DNA of 64,000 bases, from assembly GCA_963726245.1 (NCBI GenBank), contig CAVSBT010000027.1:1-64000 (forward strand). The letters run 5' to 3'. The notes under the pieces are model-generated. The model had not been told where the DNA came from, made no database searches, and worked only from the letters and a program-made list of their open reading frames with translations. Origin of the DNA: an uncultured Chloroflexia bacterium (GTDB lineage: Bacteria > Chloroflexota > Dehalococcoidia > DSTF01 > JALHUB01). Each line of letters starts with the position of its first letter. The first letter of the stretch is position 1. Both the position numbers and the translations under genes were made by a program. Shown here piece by piece: positions 10,374 through 19,218 of this stretch.

Positions 10374-11584
10374 ATGTACGGTGAAGTCGCGAGCAGTCTG
10401 CCGGAGTGCCTCCACGAAGCGCTCAGCTGTCTCGGCTGGAATGAGACCCAACTCGCAAGGGCGTGTGGTTTGGGCGGCGCCTACGTTGTAAGCAAGTATC
10501 TTCATGGAAGACGTTCGCGGGGGGACATTGAGACTCTACACAGACTGACCTCAATCCTCATTGCAGAACTTGAAAAGGTACTTCCAAACACGCAACTGGA
10601 GGGCTGGGTGAGGCGCTGGAGCGCATGTCTGACAGCCGACCTTGGGTACGATCGCCACGTTGTTAAAGCACTGGTGGGAGAAAGCAACCCGCAACGACGG
10701 AAGGCACTTCAGGCTGAGGGCATCCCCGCGAGATCTTGGAAATCCTGAGGAGCTACCCCCATGGGGACCCGCCGCAAGATTTGTTAGAAGACGCTTTAAC
10801 GTGTGCCTACGGCTTAGACTTTTCAAAACTCAATAGGGCTGACTCCTATGCTGTGGCAGACTTGCTGTACGCCACTGGAATAGTCCTGAGGGACCGCACT
10901 GCCGCAGCCGACTTGCGCCGACGCGTCCTGCCGGTATTTGAGCACGCTGAAGCTGTGGTCTCACGCGGCTCTGCGCGTGATGAGCGTCGGGAAGCACTAG
11001 CGCTCTCACAGATCGCTCTGGTGTCGGGAATGGCCTTGACCGGGCCGCTCCTGGCAGGTGGAAACGTTCCGGAGGCTGCCTACCGCCGACAGGTATTCGG
11101 CGTGGTCGACTCTAGCGTCCCAGTGACAGACGACCGATGGATAAGGGCAGAGCTGCTGCGTCACAAAGCCCAGTACCAGATTCATGCAGGCGATCCAAAC
11201 GCTGCTCTCGCGACCATAGACCGAGCACGTCGCGAGCTCGCGTTGGATCGCTATCACGACCCGCTTGAGCGCCAGGATGTCATGCTGGTGTTGGAGGAGA
11301 TTGAACTCCGTGCGCTCTTCTGTCTCCCATCACCAGATCTGGAGAAGATCGAGCGCCTTCTGAACAGCCTCGGTCGCTGGAGTGAGAGGGGGCCTCTGCG
11401 ACGGCTTCAAGTCCGCTATCATCAGATACTTCTGCGTGCCCACAGGGGAGATCCGGATGCAATGGGAATGCTACTCAACCTCTGGCTCGATCCCGCTCTG
11501 GCGAGTCTGCCTTACCAGTACCTGCGTCTCCGAGACCTTACTTCAAGAGTAGAACGCCTTTCCCTCAGACTCTCCGCCAATTAG
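10374..11584 (+). CDS. XRE-type HTH regulator with helical/TPR-like C-terminal region (frameshift in C run near 10725)
   Basis: LGWNETQLARACGL..VSKYLHGRRS HTH; adding one C to ATCCCCGCGAG fuses 10374-10748 with 10736-11584 (GIPREILEIL). Confidence 0.65.
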
Positions 11585-11699
11585 GAGCTTAGCATTGGCC
11601 TCTCGTCTTGAGTTCCGCCTGCGATGGGATCCGTCGGCCTTGACTTCCCAACACACTACCGCAATATGGTCGTGACGAATCTAACACAGGAGACCGATC

Positions 11700-11906
11700 A
11701 TGACCACCACCATAGCGCCCTTGCAGGACGCCGCCGGCTGGGAGCGCGCCCTCTACGCCTTCCTCGCCGAGAAGGAGCGCCGCTCCGGCTCCCGGCGCAC
11801 CGTCGAGCGCTACTCCCGCATGCTCCAGTACTTCTTCGGCTCCCTGGACAAGCCGCCGGTGCCCCGCCCACTTGCGGACGGACTGTGCGTGGCCCGTCGC
11901 GTCTGA
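11700..11906 (+). pseudogene. N-terminal stub of tyrosine recombinase/integrase
   Basis: AGGAG RBS; WERALYAFLAEKERRSGSRRTVERYSRMLQYFF resembles the integrase core-binding (SAM-like) domain; truncated after about 55 aa. Confidence 0.65.
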
Positions 11907-11942
11907 CAGCAGTACTGACAGCAATTGGGGCGCTTGACAGCA
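11904..11942 (+). repeat. three TGACAGCA direct repeats (candidate integrase arm-type sites)
   Basis: TGACAGCA at 11904, 11916 and 11935, about 90 bp from the tRNA-derived att core. Confidence 0.55.
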
Positions 11943-12030
11943 ACCGTCGGTGAACAAAGCAACTCGTTTAGGAACCGATTTCGAACCAGCGGCGGGCCAC
12001 AGCGGACGGCCACGCACTGGCCGGGCACAA

Positions 12031-12075
12031 CTGAAAACCGCGGTGTCGGCAGTTCGATTCTGCCCCTCGGCACCA
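12031..12075 (+). mobile_element. 3' half of tRNA-Phe(GAA): att-site duplication
   Basis: CTGAAAACCGCGGTGTCGGCAGTTCGATTCTGCCCCTCGGCACCA has the anticodon loop, T-arm and CCA, but no D-arm or acceptor 5' strand upstream. Confidence 0.8.
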
Positions 12076-12180
12076 GAGTCTCGTTTCGAAGTCCGCTCGC
12101 ATGGGCGGATTTCTTGTTCGACGGCGCATCCGGCAGGTGTAGAATGCGGTAGCACCGCTACGTGAACAGGAGGTGGCAGG

Positions 12181-12408
12181 GTGAGCGAAGGCAAGACAAC
12201 CTGCACGGCAGTCTTTGTGCCCCGCCTGGGCGGAGATACACCTGACGGGCTGGACTGGGAGGAGTTCCTGGGGCGACACCGCCAAGTGCTGGAAGAGCAC
12301 GGTCGCGAGGGCCGGACACTGGTGACCGCAATCCCCGTGACCTATCAACAGGGCAGGCTCGGAGGTATCCTTCTCTACTTCAGTGCGCCGATCGAAGGGC
12401 GCCGCTAG
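12181..12408 (+). CDS. small hypothetical protein
   Basis: AGGAGG RBS, 75-aa ORF with coding-like composition. Confidence 0.6.
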   Translation: MSEGKTTCTAVFVPRLGGDTPDGLDWEEFLGRHRQVLEEHGREGRTLVTAIPVTYQQGRLGGILLYFSAPIEGRR

Positions 12409-12428
12409 GACGCCCGGCGACGCTGCTC

Positions 12429-13463
12429 CTACGGCTTGAGGAGAATCTTCAAGGCCTCCTCCTCCCTCTTGTCGAAGAGGCGATAGGCGCGGGCGCCTTC
12501 GGACAGCGGCAGGCTGTGGCTGAAGACGAACTTCATGTCCAGGCTGCCGGCCTCCACCATGGTCAGCAGCCGGGGCAAGCTCCCGGGAAGGGCCAGGCCC
12601 GTTCGTATCGTCACGTTGAAGAGAGAGAAGATGGTCATGGGCAGCGTGACGTCCTCCGTGAACACCCCTATCACCGACACGGTGCCTCCGGGACGGACGC
12701 TCTGGAAGGCCATCTCCAGGGTCGCGGGGGCGCCCACCGCCTCGATCACCACCGGCGCGCCGAAGAGCCCCGTCTCCTGCTTCACCCTCGCCGGCGGGTC
12801 CTCGACTGAGGCGTCGATGGGGATGCTGCCCACCTTCTTCGCCATCTCCAGTCGGTAGGGAAGGCGGTCCACGGCGAAGACGCGGCCGGCCGCGAAGAGC
12901 CGGGCCGCCACCTGGGCACACAGGCCGACGACGCCGCAGCCGTAGACCACCACCGTATCGCCGGGCTGGATGTTGCCCCACTCGGCTCCGCAATACCCCG
13001 TCACCATGTTGTCGGTGAGGAGGATGACATCCTCGTCGGCCAGGTGGTCGGCGATGGGGTGCATGATGCGCTGAGCGGAAGGGACGCGCACGAACTCGGC
13101 CTGCCCGCCCTGAAGGGTGTACCAGGGAGTTGCCGTGCCGAAGATGCCGCCGTTGGGGCAGATGGGAAGGTCCCTCTTGCAGGCCTCGCAGGCGAGGCAG
13201 CGCAGGCCTCCTTCCACGAAGACCCGCTGCCCGATGGTGAACTCCTCGACGGCGGAGCCCATCTCGTCCACGACACCGACGAACTCGTGCCCGACAATCA
13301 GGCCCTCGGCGGCAGCCAGCCCACCGTGGTAGATGTGCAGGTCAGACCCGCAGATGGCAGCCGTGGTCACCCGCAAGATGGCATCGGTCGGCTTCTCGAT
13401 GCGCGGCTTGGGAACTTCCGCCACCTCTATCTGCTCCGGACCCCGGTAGACCAGCGCCTTCAT
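12429..13463 (-). CDS. zinc-dependent alcohol dehydrogenase (MDR family)
   Basis: CGSDLH, GHEFVG, CxxCxxC, GCGVVG Rossmann motif. Confidence 0.9.
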   Translation of the reverse strand: MKALVYRGPEQIEVAEVPKPRIEKPTDAILRVTTAAICGSDLHIYHGGLAAAEGLIVGHEFVGVVDEMGSAVEEFTIGQRVFVEGGLRCLACEACKRDLPICPNGGIFGTATPWYTLQGGQAEFVRVPSAQRIMHPIADHLADEDVILLTDNMVTGYCGAEWGNIQPGDTVVVYGCGVVGLCAQVAARLFAAGRVFAVDRLPYRLEMAKKVGSIPIDASVEDPPARVKQETGLFGAPVVIEAVGAPATLEMAFQSVRPGGTVSVIGVFTEDVTLPMTIFSLFNVTIRTGLALPGSLPRLLTMVEAGSLDMKFVFSHSLPLSEGARAYRLFDKREEEALKILLKP

Positions 13464-13550
13464 GCTCTCGCCTCCTGACGCATCGTCGCCTAGTCGCCAG
13501 CGATACGGCGACAGCATACGGCGTCGACCGGCGACGCGCCACCGCCAGTG

Positions 13551-13578
13551 GTAGGGGCGCACGGCCGTGCGCCCCTAC
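13551..13578. repeat. GTAG-type REP palindrome (family also at 24966-24991 and 46604-46631)
   Basis: GTAGGGGCGCACGGCCGTGCGCCCCTAC. Confidence 0.8.
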
Positions 13579-13644
13579 GGTCGCAATTCGCCGAGATATG
13601 GCACAAGAGATCAGAGGATCAGAATGACAGGTGGCCCGCAGCGG

Positions 13645-14364
13645 TCAGGCGGCCGCCTCTCCGTGCTGGGCGCGGGTCTGCGCCACCCGAAGCAGTTCGT
13701 CGGGCGTGGTGCCGTCGCCAGGGAACTGCGCCGCGCCCATGGTCGCCTTGGCCGCCTTCACGGCCTCGGCGAGGCGCCGGACGACAATCATGGCCCCAGG
13801 CACGTCCGTCTCCGGCAGGTACCAGACGAACTGGCCGGGCCCCCAGCGCGTGGCCACGTCGCTGGAGCGGAGGTCGTTTTGGAGCAAGTAGCCGACCTGC
13901 TCAATGAGGTACGCTTGGGTGTCCAGGGGCAGCCCCTTCCAGTCGGGGAAGCAGAGGTAGGCCACCGAAGCCAAACGACCGTAGCGCGCGCAGCGCGTGA
14001 GCTCCTCGGTCAGCCGTTCGTAGAAGAACCAGCGGCTGTAGAGGCCCGACAGGTGGTCGCGGAAGACCTGCTGACGGGCACGATTCGTGGTCTGGTGCAG
14101 CTCGATGAGGTAGGCGCGCTCGGCAAGCATGCGGGAGTGGCCGGCCCGCATTGCCATCAACACCGCGAGGCCCAGGGCTATAGCTGAGAGGGCAATGCCC
14201 GCCGCGTATCGGAAAAGGGGCGGCGACACGTCCTCGCCACGAACGGCCCATAGGGCCAGCACGGCGATCACTACCGCCGCCGTTACCCGGGTTAGCCAAA
14301 CCTCACGACGGACGCGCCGAAAGGCCACGTCGACGTCCAGCGCGTCGGAAACCGGCGCGCTCAT
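13645..14364 (-). CDS. membrane protein with degenerate GGDEF domain
   Basis: Two TM helices; DHLSGLYSR; RSSD I-site retained; GGDEF replaced by GPGQF. Confidence 0.8.
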   Translation of the reverse strand: MSAPVSDALDVDVAFRRVRREVWLTRVTAAVVIAVLALWAVRGEDVSPPLFRYAAGIALSAIALGLAVLMAMRAGHSRMLAERAYLIELHQTTNRARQQVFRDHLSGLYSRWFFYERLTEELTRCARYGRLASVAYLCFPDWKGLPLDTQAYLIEQVGYLLQNDLRSSDVATRWGPGQFVWYLPETDVPGAMIVVRRLAEAVKAAKATMGAAQFPGDGTTPDELLRVAQTRAQHGEAAA

Positions 14365-14579
14365 GTGAGGCCTGTCCTTGACGTCGAGCCCCTCTTCGGG
14401 GTTCAGCGTATGCTCGTCGCCCACGGAACCCTTTCCACAGGCTACTTCCACCAAGGTTATTCTCGGACAGACGAATCTGATGTTTACCGTCGCCGGGCCT
14501 GTCGAGCGGGGAACTGAGGGGAATCCTACTTGGAGACAGCTTCGGGGCTAAGGCAAATCAATCATCGGCCGATTCTATA

Positions 14580-14783
14580 GTGATGAGGGACCAAGCCAGG
14601 AAGGGAGAGGACGATTTGTCGGAGCCGCAAAGGGACGTGTTTCTGGAGAGCTGGTTGCGTCGACTGCTGATTTCCGCCCGCCGAAGGGCTCGCGCCGGGC
14701 CCACCACCGCCCAACTGAGCAGGCTGCGGCGGCGGATTGTGGCCGTCGTTGGTCCGGAAATCTCAAGCCGGCAGGCGGCGTAG
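14580..14783 (+). CDS. small basic hypothetical protein
   Basis: 67-aa ORF divergent from the GGDEF gene; no recognisable motif. Confidence 0.35.
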   Translation: MMRDQARKGEDDLSEPQRDVFLESWLRRLLISARRRARAGPTTAQLSRLRRRIVAVVGPEISSRQAA

Positions 14784-14807
14784 GCAGAGGCGCCTTGCGG
14801 GTTGAAC

Positions 14808-14882
14808 TGGCTCCCCGACCAGGATTCGAACCTGGAACCTAGCGGTTAACAGCCGCTCGCTCTACCGTTGAGCTATCGGGGA
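14808..14882 (-). tRNA. tRNA-Asn(GTT)
   Basis: TCCCCGATAGCTCA...CTGTTAA...GTTCGAATC...TCGGGGAGCCA cloverleaf. Confidence 0.95.
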
Positions 14883-14925
14883 GCGCACCCGGAAGCTATG
14901 CCAGCCGCAGCAACAGCAGGAATCG

Positions 14926-14999
14926 TGGTTGCCGAGCGTGGATTCGAACCACGACTAGAGGCTCCAAAGGCCCCTGTGCTACCTTTACACCACTCGGCA
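14926..14999 (-). tRNA. tRNA-Gln(TTG)
   Basis: TGCCGAGTGGTGTAA...CTTTGGA...GTTCGAATC...CTCGGCAACCA. Confidence 0.95.
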
Positions 15000-15067
15000 G
15001 CGGCCGAGCCAAGCCTTACAAGAAACGAGGCGGGATACCACGGTCCCCCGCCCACAGCGACTAGCCC

Positions 15068-15156
15068 TGGTGCCGAAGGCCGGGATCGAACCGGCACGGG
15101 GGTTGCCCCCCAACAGTTTTTGAGACTGTCGCGTCTACCTATTCCGCCACTTCGGC
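15068..15156 (-). tRNA. tRNA-Leu(CAA)
   Basis: GCCGAAGTGGCGGAA...CTCAAAA loop, long variable arm, CCA end. Confidence 0.95.
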
Positions 15157-15158
15157 CA

Positions 15159-15233
<75 letters not shown>

Positions 15234-15363
15234 ACGAGGCAGGTTGGCGACGCTCACGTCTCCGGAGCCGGGTCAGGCCCGACCACGCCTGCGGTTCCCT
15301 ATTATAGTGAAGGTCACTGGCTTCGACAAGCCGCCGAGAGCGCAACGGCTGGGAGGGCAGAGG

Positions 15364-15657
15364 TTGGCTAAAGACTACTACCAGGTTCTGGGAGTCAAAG
15401 AGACCGCGACCGGCCGGGCCATCGAAAAGGCCTACTGGAACATGGCCCGCACCTACCACAAGAAGGCGGCGCGAAATCGGAGCGTTAACAAGCGCCTCGT
15501 GAGGCTCAATGAGGCCTACGAGAACCTGGCCTCTCCCGACAAGAGAGAAGCCTACAATCGACAGCGCCGCCAGGCCCAGGAGTTCGAGGCACCTCGAGGC
15601 TTGCGCGGGCTGCTCATGCGTCTCCGGCTCTCTAATGCCCGCTGCCGTGACGAGTAG
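15364..15657 (+). CDS. J-domain (DnaJ-like) protein lacking the HPD motif
   Basis: KDYYQVLGV, IEKAY, LNEAYENLASPDKREAYN; HPD position reads HKK. Confidence 0.8.
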   Translation: MAKDYYQVLGVKETATGRAIEKAYWNMARTYHKKAARNRSVNKRLVRLNEAYENLASPDKREAYNRQRRQAQEFEAPRGLRGLLMRLRLSNARCRDE

Positions 15658-15710
15658 CGGAGGGCTTCAGCCCTCCACGTCCTTCGTGGAAGGCTAAAGC
15701 CTTCCTCTAC
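15654..15710. repeat. inverted pair of GTAG-REP palindromes (REPIN/BIME-like)
   Basis: GTAGCGGAGGGCTTCAGCCCTCCACG ... CGTGGAAGGCTAAAGCCTTCCTCTAC; the first unit is the exact reverse complement of 46637-46662. Confidence 0.75.
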
Positions 15711-15715
15711 ATCAC

Positions 15716-16588
15716 CTACCCGCTTCGCCGACGCAGCCGCTTCGCGTTGTTGAAGGCCAGGGTATAGGCGCAGCGCACGGCGATGCCCCCCAGCACCGGC
15801 GCGTCGAGCAGCACCCCACGTCGCATGTACTTCCGGTAGTAGCGCCACATGCTGCGGTGCCGCTCGACGACGCTGCGATTGGGGAGGGTGTTGGTGCTGC
15901 CGCCGATGTGGTGCACCACCGACGCCTCGGGGAAGTAGACCGCCTTCCGGCCGGACCGGCGGACCCGCTGGCAGAAGTCCACGTCCTCGTTGTAGAGGAA
16001 GTAGCCTTCGTCCAGGAAGCCCACCTCGTCGAAGAGGCGGCGGGGCGCCATCCAGCAGGCCAGCGACAGCCAGTCGACCTCGGCGGTGGCGCTGTGGTCG
16101 AGGTCGGTCATCAGGTAGCGGCTAGAGAGGGGATTGCGGGGCAAGAGGCGCGTGAGCAGCGAGTAGCGGTTGAAGAAGACGACGCTGAAGTTCGGGAAGC
16201 GGCGGCAGGAGAGCTGGAGCGAGCCGTCGTCGTCCAGGATCCTGGGGCCCAGGATGCCCACATCCGGGTGGTCGCGCAGGTACTGGGCCATGACCGGGAA
16301 GGGGTTGTCCCGGAGCTCGACGTCCGGGTTCATGAGGACCACCATCTCGCCGTCAGCGAGGCGGATGCCCTGGTTGAGGGCTGTCGAGAGGCCGGCGTTG
16401 CTGGGCCGGCGCAGCAGGCGCACGGAGGGGAACTCCGCGGCCACCATGCCGGCGCTGCCGTCCTGCGAGGCGTTGTCCACCACGACCACCTCGTACTCCA
16501 GGCCGCGCGTGTGCTCGAGCAGCGACCCAAGGCAGCGCCGCAGGTACTCGCGCCCGTTGTAGCTGACGATGACGACGGAGATCTCCAC
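15716..16588 (-). CDS. glycosyltransferase family 2 (WbbL/rhamnosyltransferase-like)
   Basis: ISVVIVSYN, VVVDNASQDGS, NPDV, FLYNEDVD, HHIGGS. Confidence 0.85.
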   Translation of the reverse strand: MEISVVIVSYNGREYLRRCLGSLLEHTRGLEYEVVVVDNASQDGSAGMVAAEFPSVRLLRRPSNAGLSTALNQGIRLADGEMVVLMNPDVELRDNPFPVMAQYLRDHPDVGILGPRILDDDGSLQLSCRRFPNFSVVFFNRYSLLTRLLPRNPLSSRYLMTDLDHSATAEVDWLSLACWMAPRRLFDEVGFLDEGYFLYNEDVDFCQRVRRSGRKAVYFPEASVVHHIGGSTNTLPNRSVVERHRSMWRYYRKYMRRGVLLDAPVLGGIAVRCAYTLAFNNAKRLRRRSG

Positions 16589-16593
16589 GGCCG

Positions 16594-17738
16594 CTAGCCC
16601 GCCTCCTTCCGCGCCCCGGCGACCCGATGGTACACCTCCACCGTCTGCCGGGCCGCCTTCTCCCAACTGAACTGGGCCGCCCGCTCCAGGCCCGCGCTCT
16701 CGCAGGTCGGCCCGCAGGCGGTCGTCGCGCAGGAGGCGCTCCATCGCACCGGCCAGCGCCTCCACGTCCAGCGGATCGACCTGCAGGGCGGCGTCGCCGA
16801 CCACCTCGGGCAGGGCGGAGACGTTCGAGGTCACGACGGGCGCGCCGCAGGCCATGGCCTCCAGCGCCGGCAGCCCGAAGCCCTCGTAGAGCGAGGGGAA
16901 GACGAAGGCCTCGGCCGCGCTGTAGAGGGCGGGCAGGTCGGCCTGGGGCACGTGGCCCAGGAAGCGCACCGAGTCCGCCACGCCGAGGCGCTCGGCCAGG
17001 GGCGCCTCGCCCTCGTAGTGCCAGGCCCGCTGCCCGGCCACGACGAGGGTGTGCTTCAGGCCCCGCGCCCGCAGGCGGGCGAAGGCCTGGAGCAGTCGCC
17101 CCCGGTTCTTGCCCGGCTCCAGGCTGCCCACGCTGAGCAGGTAGGGCCCGTCCAGGCCGTATCGACGCCGCACGGCCTCGATGGCGACGGCGTCCTGCGG
17201 GCGGAAGGCGGGGCCCGCCGCCTCGGGGATGACGAAGATGCGCTCGGGCGGCACGCGCAGGAGGCGCGTCACGTCGCCACGGACGGCCTCCGACGGCACG
17301 ATGACGGCGTCGGCCACCCGCGCCGAGAGGCGGGTCATGGCCTGGAAGTAGAGGCGTCGCGCCGGCGGGTAGCGCTCGGGCAGGAGGAGGAAGGTCAGGT
17401 CGTGGAAGGTGACCACGCGCCGGCAGTCCGCCCTGAGGCGGACCAGCGGCGTCGTGTGGTGCGGCGAGTGCAGCACGTCGATCCGCAACTCGTCGCAGCC
17501 GCCGGGGGAGCACGGCCTGCTCCCAGAGGAGCCGCAGGGGCCGCGACGGCGCCCGCACCTTCAGCACCCGCAGTCCGGGCCGGGTGGCCGGCAGGTCGTC
17601 GAAGTGGCTGCCGCGGGCGAAGATGACGTACTCGTTCTCGCTGTCGACGGCGGCGAGGGCGCGGGCCAGCTCGTAGGTGTAGACGGCGGCGCCGGCCATC
17701 AGTCGCGGTATCGCGGTGGCGTCGTAGGCGATGCGCAT
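16594..17738 (-). CDS. glycosyltransferase family 4 (frameshifts near 17490 and 16690)
   Basis: MRIAYDAT, TFHDL, FPSLYEGFGLPALEAMACG, FSWEKAAR. Confidence 0.85.
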
Positions 17739-17795
17739 CAGCTCAACCTGCTCGAATTGCCACAGACTGGGGCGGCTGCCATTCGCGGCGGGCCC

Positions 17796-17860
17796 GTCAT
17801 TCTGAGCGCAGCGAAGAATCTGTTTCACGCAGACAGACCCTTCGCTTCGCTCAGGGTGAC
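17796..17860. repeat. intergenic palindromic element GTCATTCTGAGC..CTCAGGGTGAC (second copy at 23851-23923)
   Basis: Inverted-repeat unit with GAAGAATCT core present twice in the window. Confidence 0.75.
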
Positions 17861-17887
17861 AGGACGGGGTAGCCTTCCAACCGGCTT

Positions 17888-18815
17888 TCACAGGTCGCCG
17901 ACCTCCAGGGTGCGGCCCATGCGCCCACGATAGTAGTCCACGACGCCGCGCGCCAGGGCCCGCGCCATCCGCGGCCGCCCTCGCACGAGGTGCCACGCCA
18001 GGTAGCCGAGCCGCCCGGCCAGGAAGTAGGCGGTGAAGAGGGCGTAGGCGCCCCGCGAGGTCGAGTGCTTCCTCACCAGGTAGAGGCGGTTGCGGGTGGC
18101 GTAGTAGTGCTTGAAGGGCGTCATCCAGCCGCCGCCGCTCGAGGCGCTCTCCCGGTGGTAGACGACGGCCTCCGGCCGGTAGAGCAGCCGGTAGCCCCGG
18201 TCGAGCGCCTGTCGCAGCCAGTCGGTCTCCTCGTAGTACATGAAGAAGCGCTCGTCCAGGAGGCCCACCTCGCGGAAGGCGGCGGCGGGCACGAGGGCGC
18301 AGCAGAAGCTGGCCGTCTCCAGCTCGCGGGGCGTGCTGGCGGCCGGCGAGTCGGGGCGGCCGTGGAAGGTGTGGCGGAAGACGCCGCGATGCCAGTCGAA
18401 GCCGCCGGCGTGGGTGCTGATGAGGCGGCGGTCGTAGTAGTAGAGGATCTTGGGCACGGCCATCGTGCGCTCGCCGGCGGCGGCGACGAGCCGGTCCAGG
18501 AAGTCCTCGGTGAGGACGGTGTCGTTGTTGAGGATGAGGACGTAGTCGAAGCCGTGCTCCAGGCAGTAGGCGATGCCGCGGTTGTTGCCGGCGGCGGTGC
18601 CCAGGTTCTCGTCCGAAGCGCAGCAGGACGGCGTCGGGCACGAGGCGCGCCAGCTCGCCGGCGGAGCCGTCAGTGGAGGCGCTGTCGACGACGATGAGGC
18701 GGAAGTTGGGGTAGCGCACGCGTCGCAGGCTCTCGGCGAACTCGCCGACGAAGGCGGCGCTGTTGTAGTTGACGGTGACGATGCCGACGGAGGGGGCGGG
18801 GGACGATTGAGTCAT
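17888..18815 (-). CDS. glycosyltransferase family 2 (frameshift near 18612)
   Basis: VGIVTVNYN, VVDSASTDGS, ILNNDT, FFMYYEETD, YHRESAS. Confidence 0.85.
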
Positions 18816-18850
18816 AGGTCGGTCGCTCACGCTCGGCACCAAATTCCTCT

Positions 18851-18904
18851 CTGAGGGTTGAAACCCTCAGCTTTGAGGAAGCTGCGGGATTCATCCCGCA
18901 GGAG
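18851..18904 (+). mobile_element. 54-bp double-hairpin element resembling an IS200/IS605 end (second copy at 32078-32131)
   Basis: CTGAGGGTTGAAACCCTCAG hairpin plus GAAGCTGCGGGATTCATCCCGCAGGAG hairpin; near-identical second copy. Confidence 0.55.
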
Positions 18905-18919
18905 CTGGTTTGTCTAGCC

Positions 18920-18983
18920 GTAGCTGCAGACCTTCAGGTCTGCCGAACCCGGGAGTCCAGCAGGGCTGAAGCCCTGCAGCTAC
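18920..18983. repeat. inverted pair of GTAG-REP palindromes (reverse-complement copy at 31985-32051)
   Basis: GTAGCTGCAGACCTTCAGGTCTGCC ... GCAGGGCTGAAGCCCTGCAGCTAC. Confidence 0.75.
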
Positions 18984-19156
18984 GCTCTACATGGCGGTAC
19001 GATCTTGGGCTTTGGGGGGGCGTGGTTCAAGGGGGAGGGGTGGCCCGCCCCGACACGCCCGGGCCGGCTGATTCAGCAGCCCTTCCCACGATCCTGGTGG
19101 CGGGGCCCTCGCCATACGCATTCAGGAAGGTGCGACAATTAAGCGCCAAACGGAGT

Positions 19157-19185
19157 TGACAACCACTTAAATCCCCGATATATTC
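19157..19185 (+). promoter_or_regulatory. near-consensus sigma70 promoter of the DGQHR gene
   Basis: TTGACA-17 bp-TATATT in an AT-rich patch, followed by AAGGAGG RBS. Confidence 0.8.
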
Positions 19186-19218
19186 TAAATATAGATATCA
19201 AGAACTTAAGGAGGAAGC

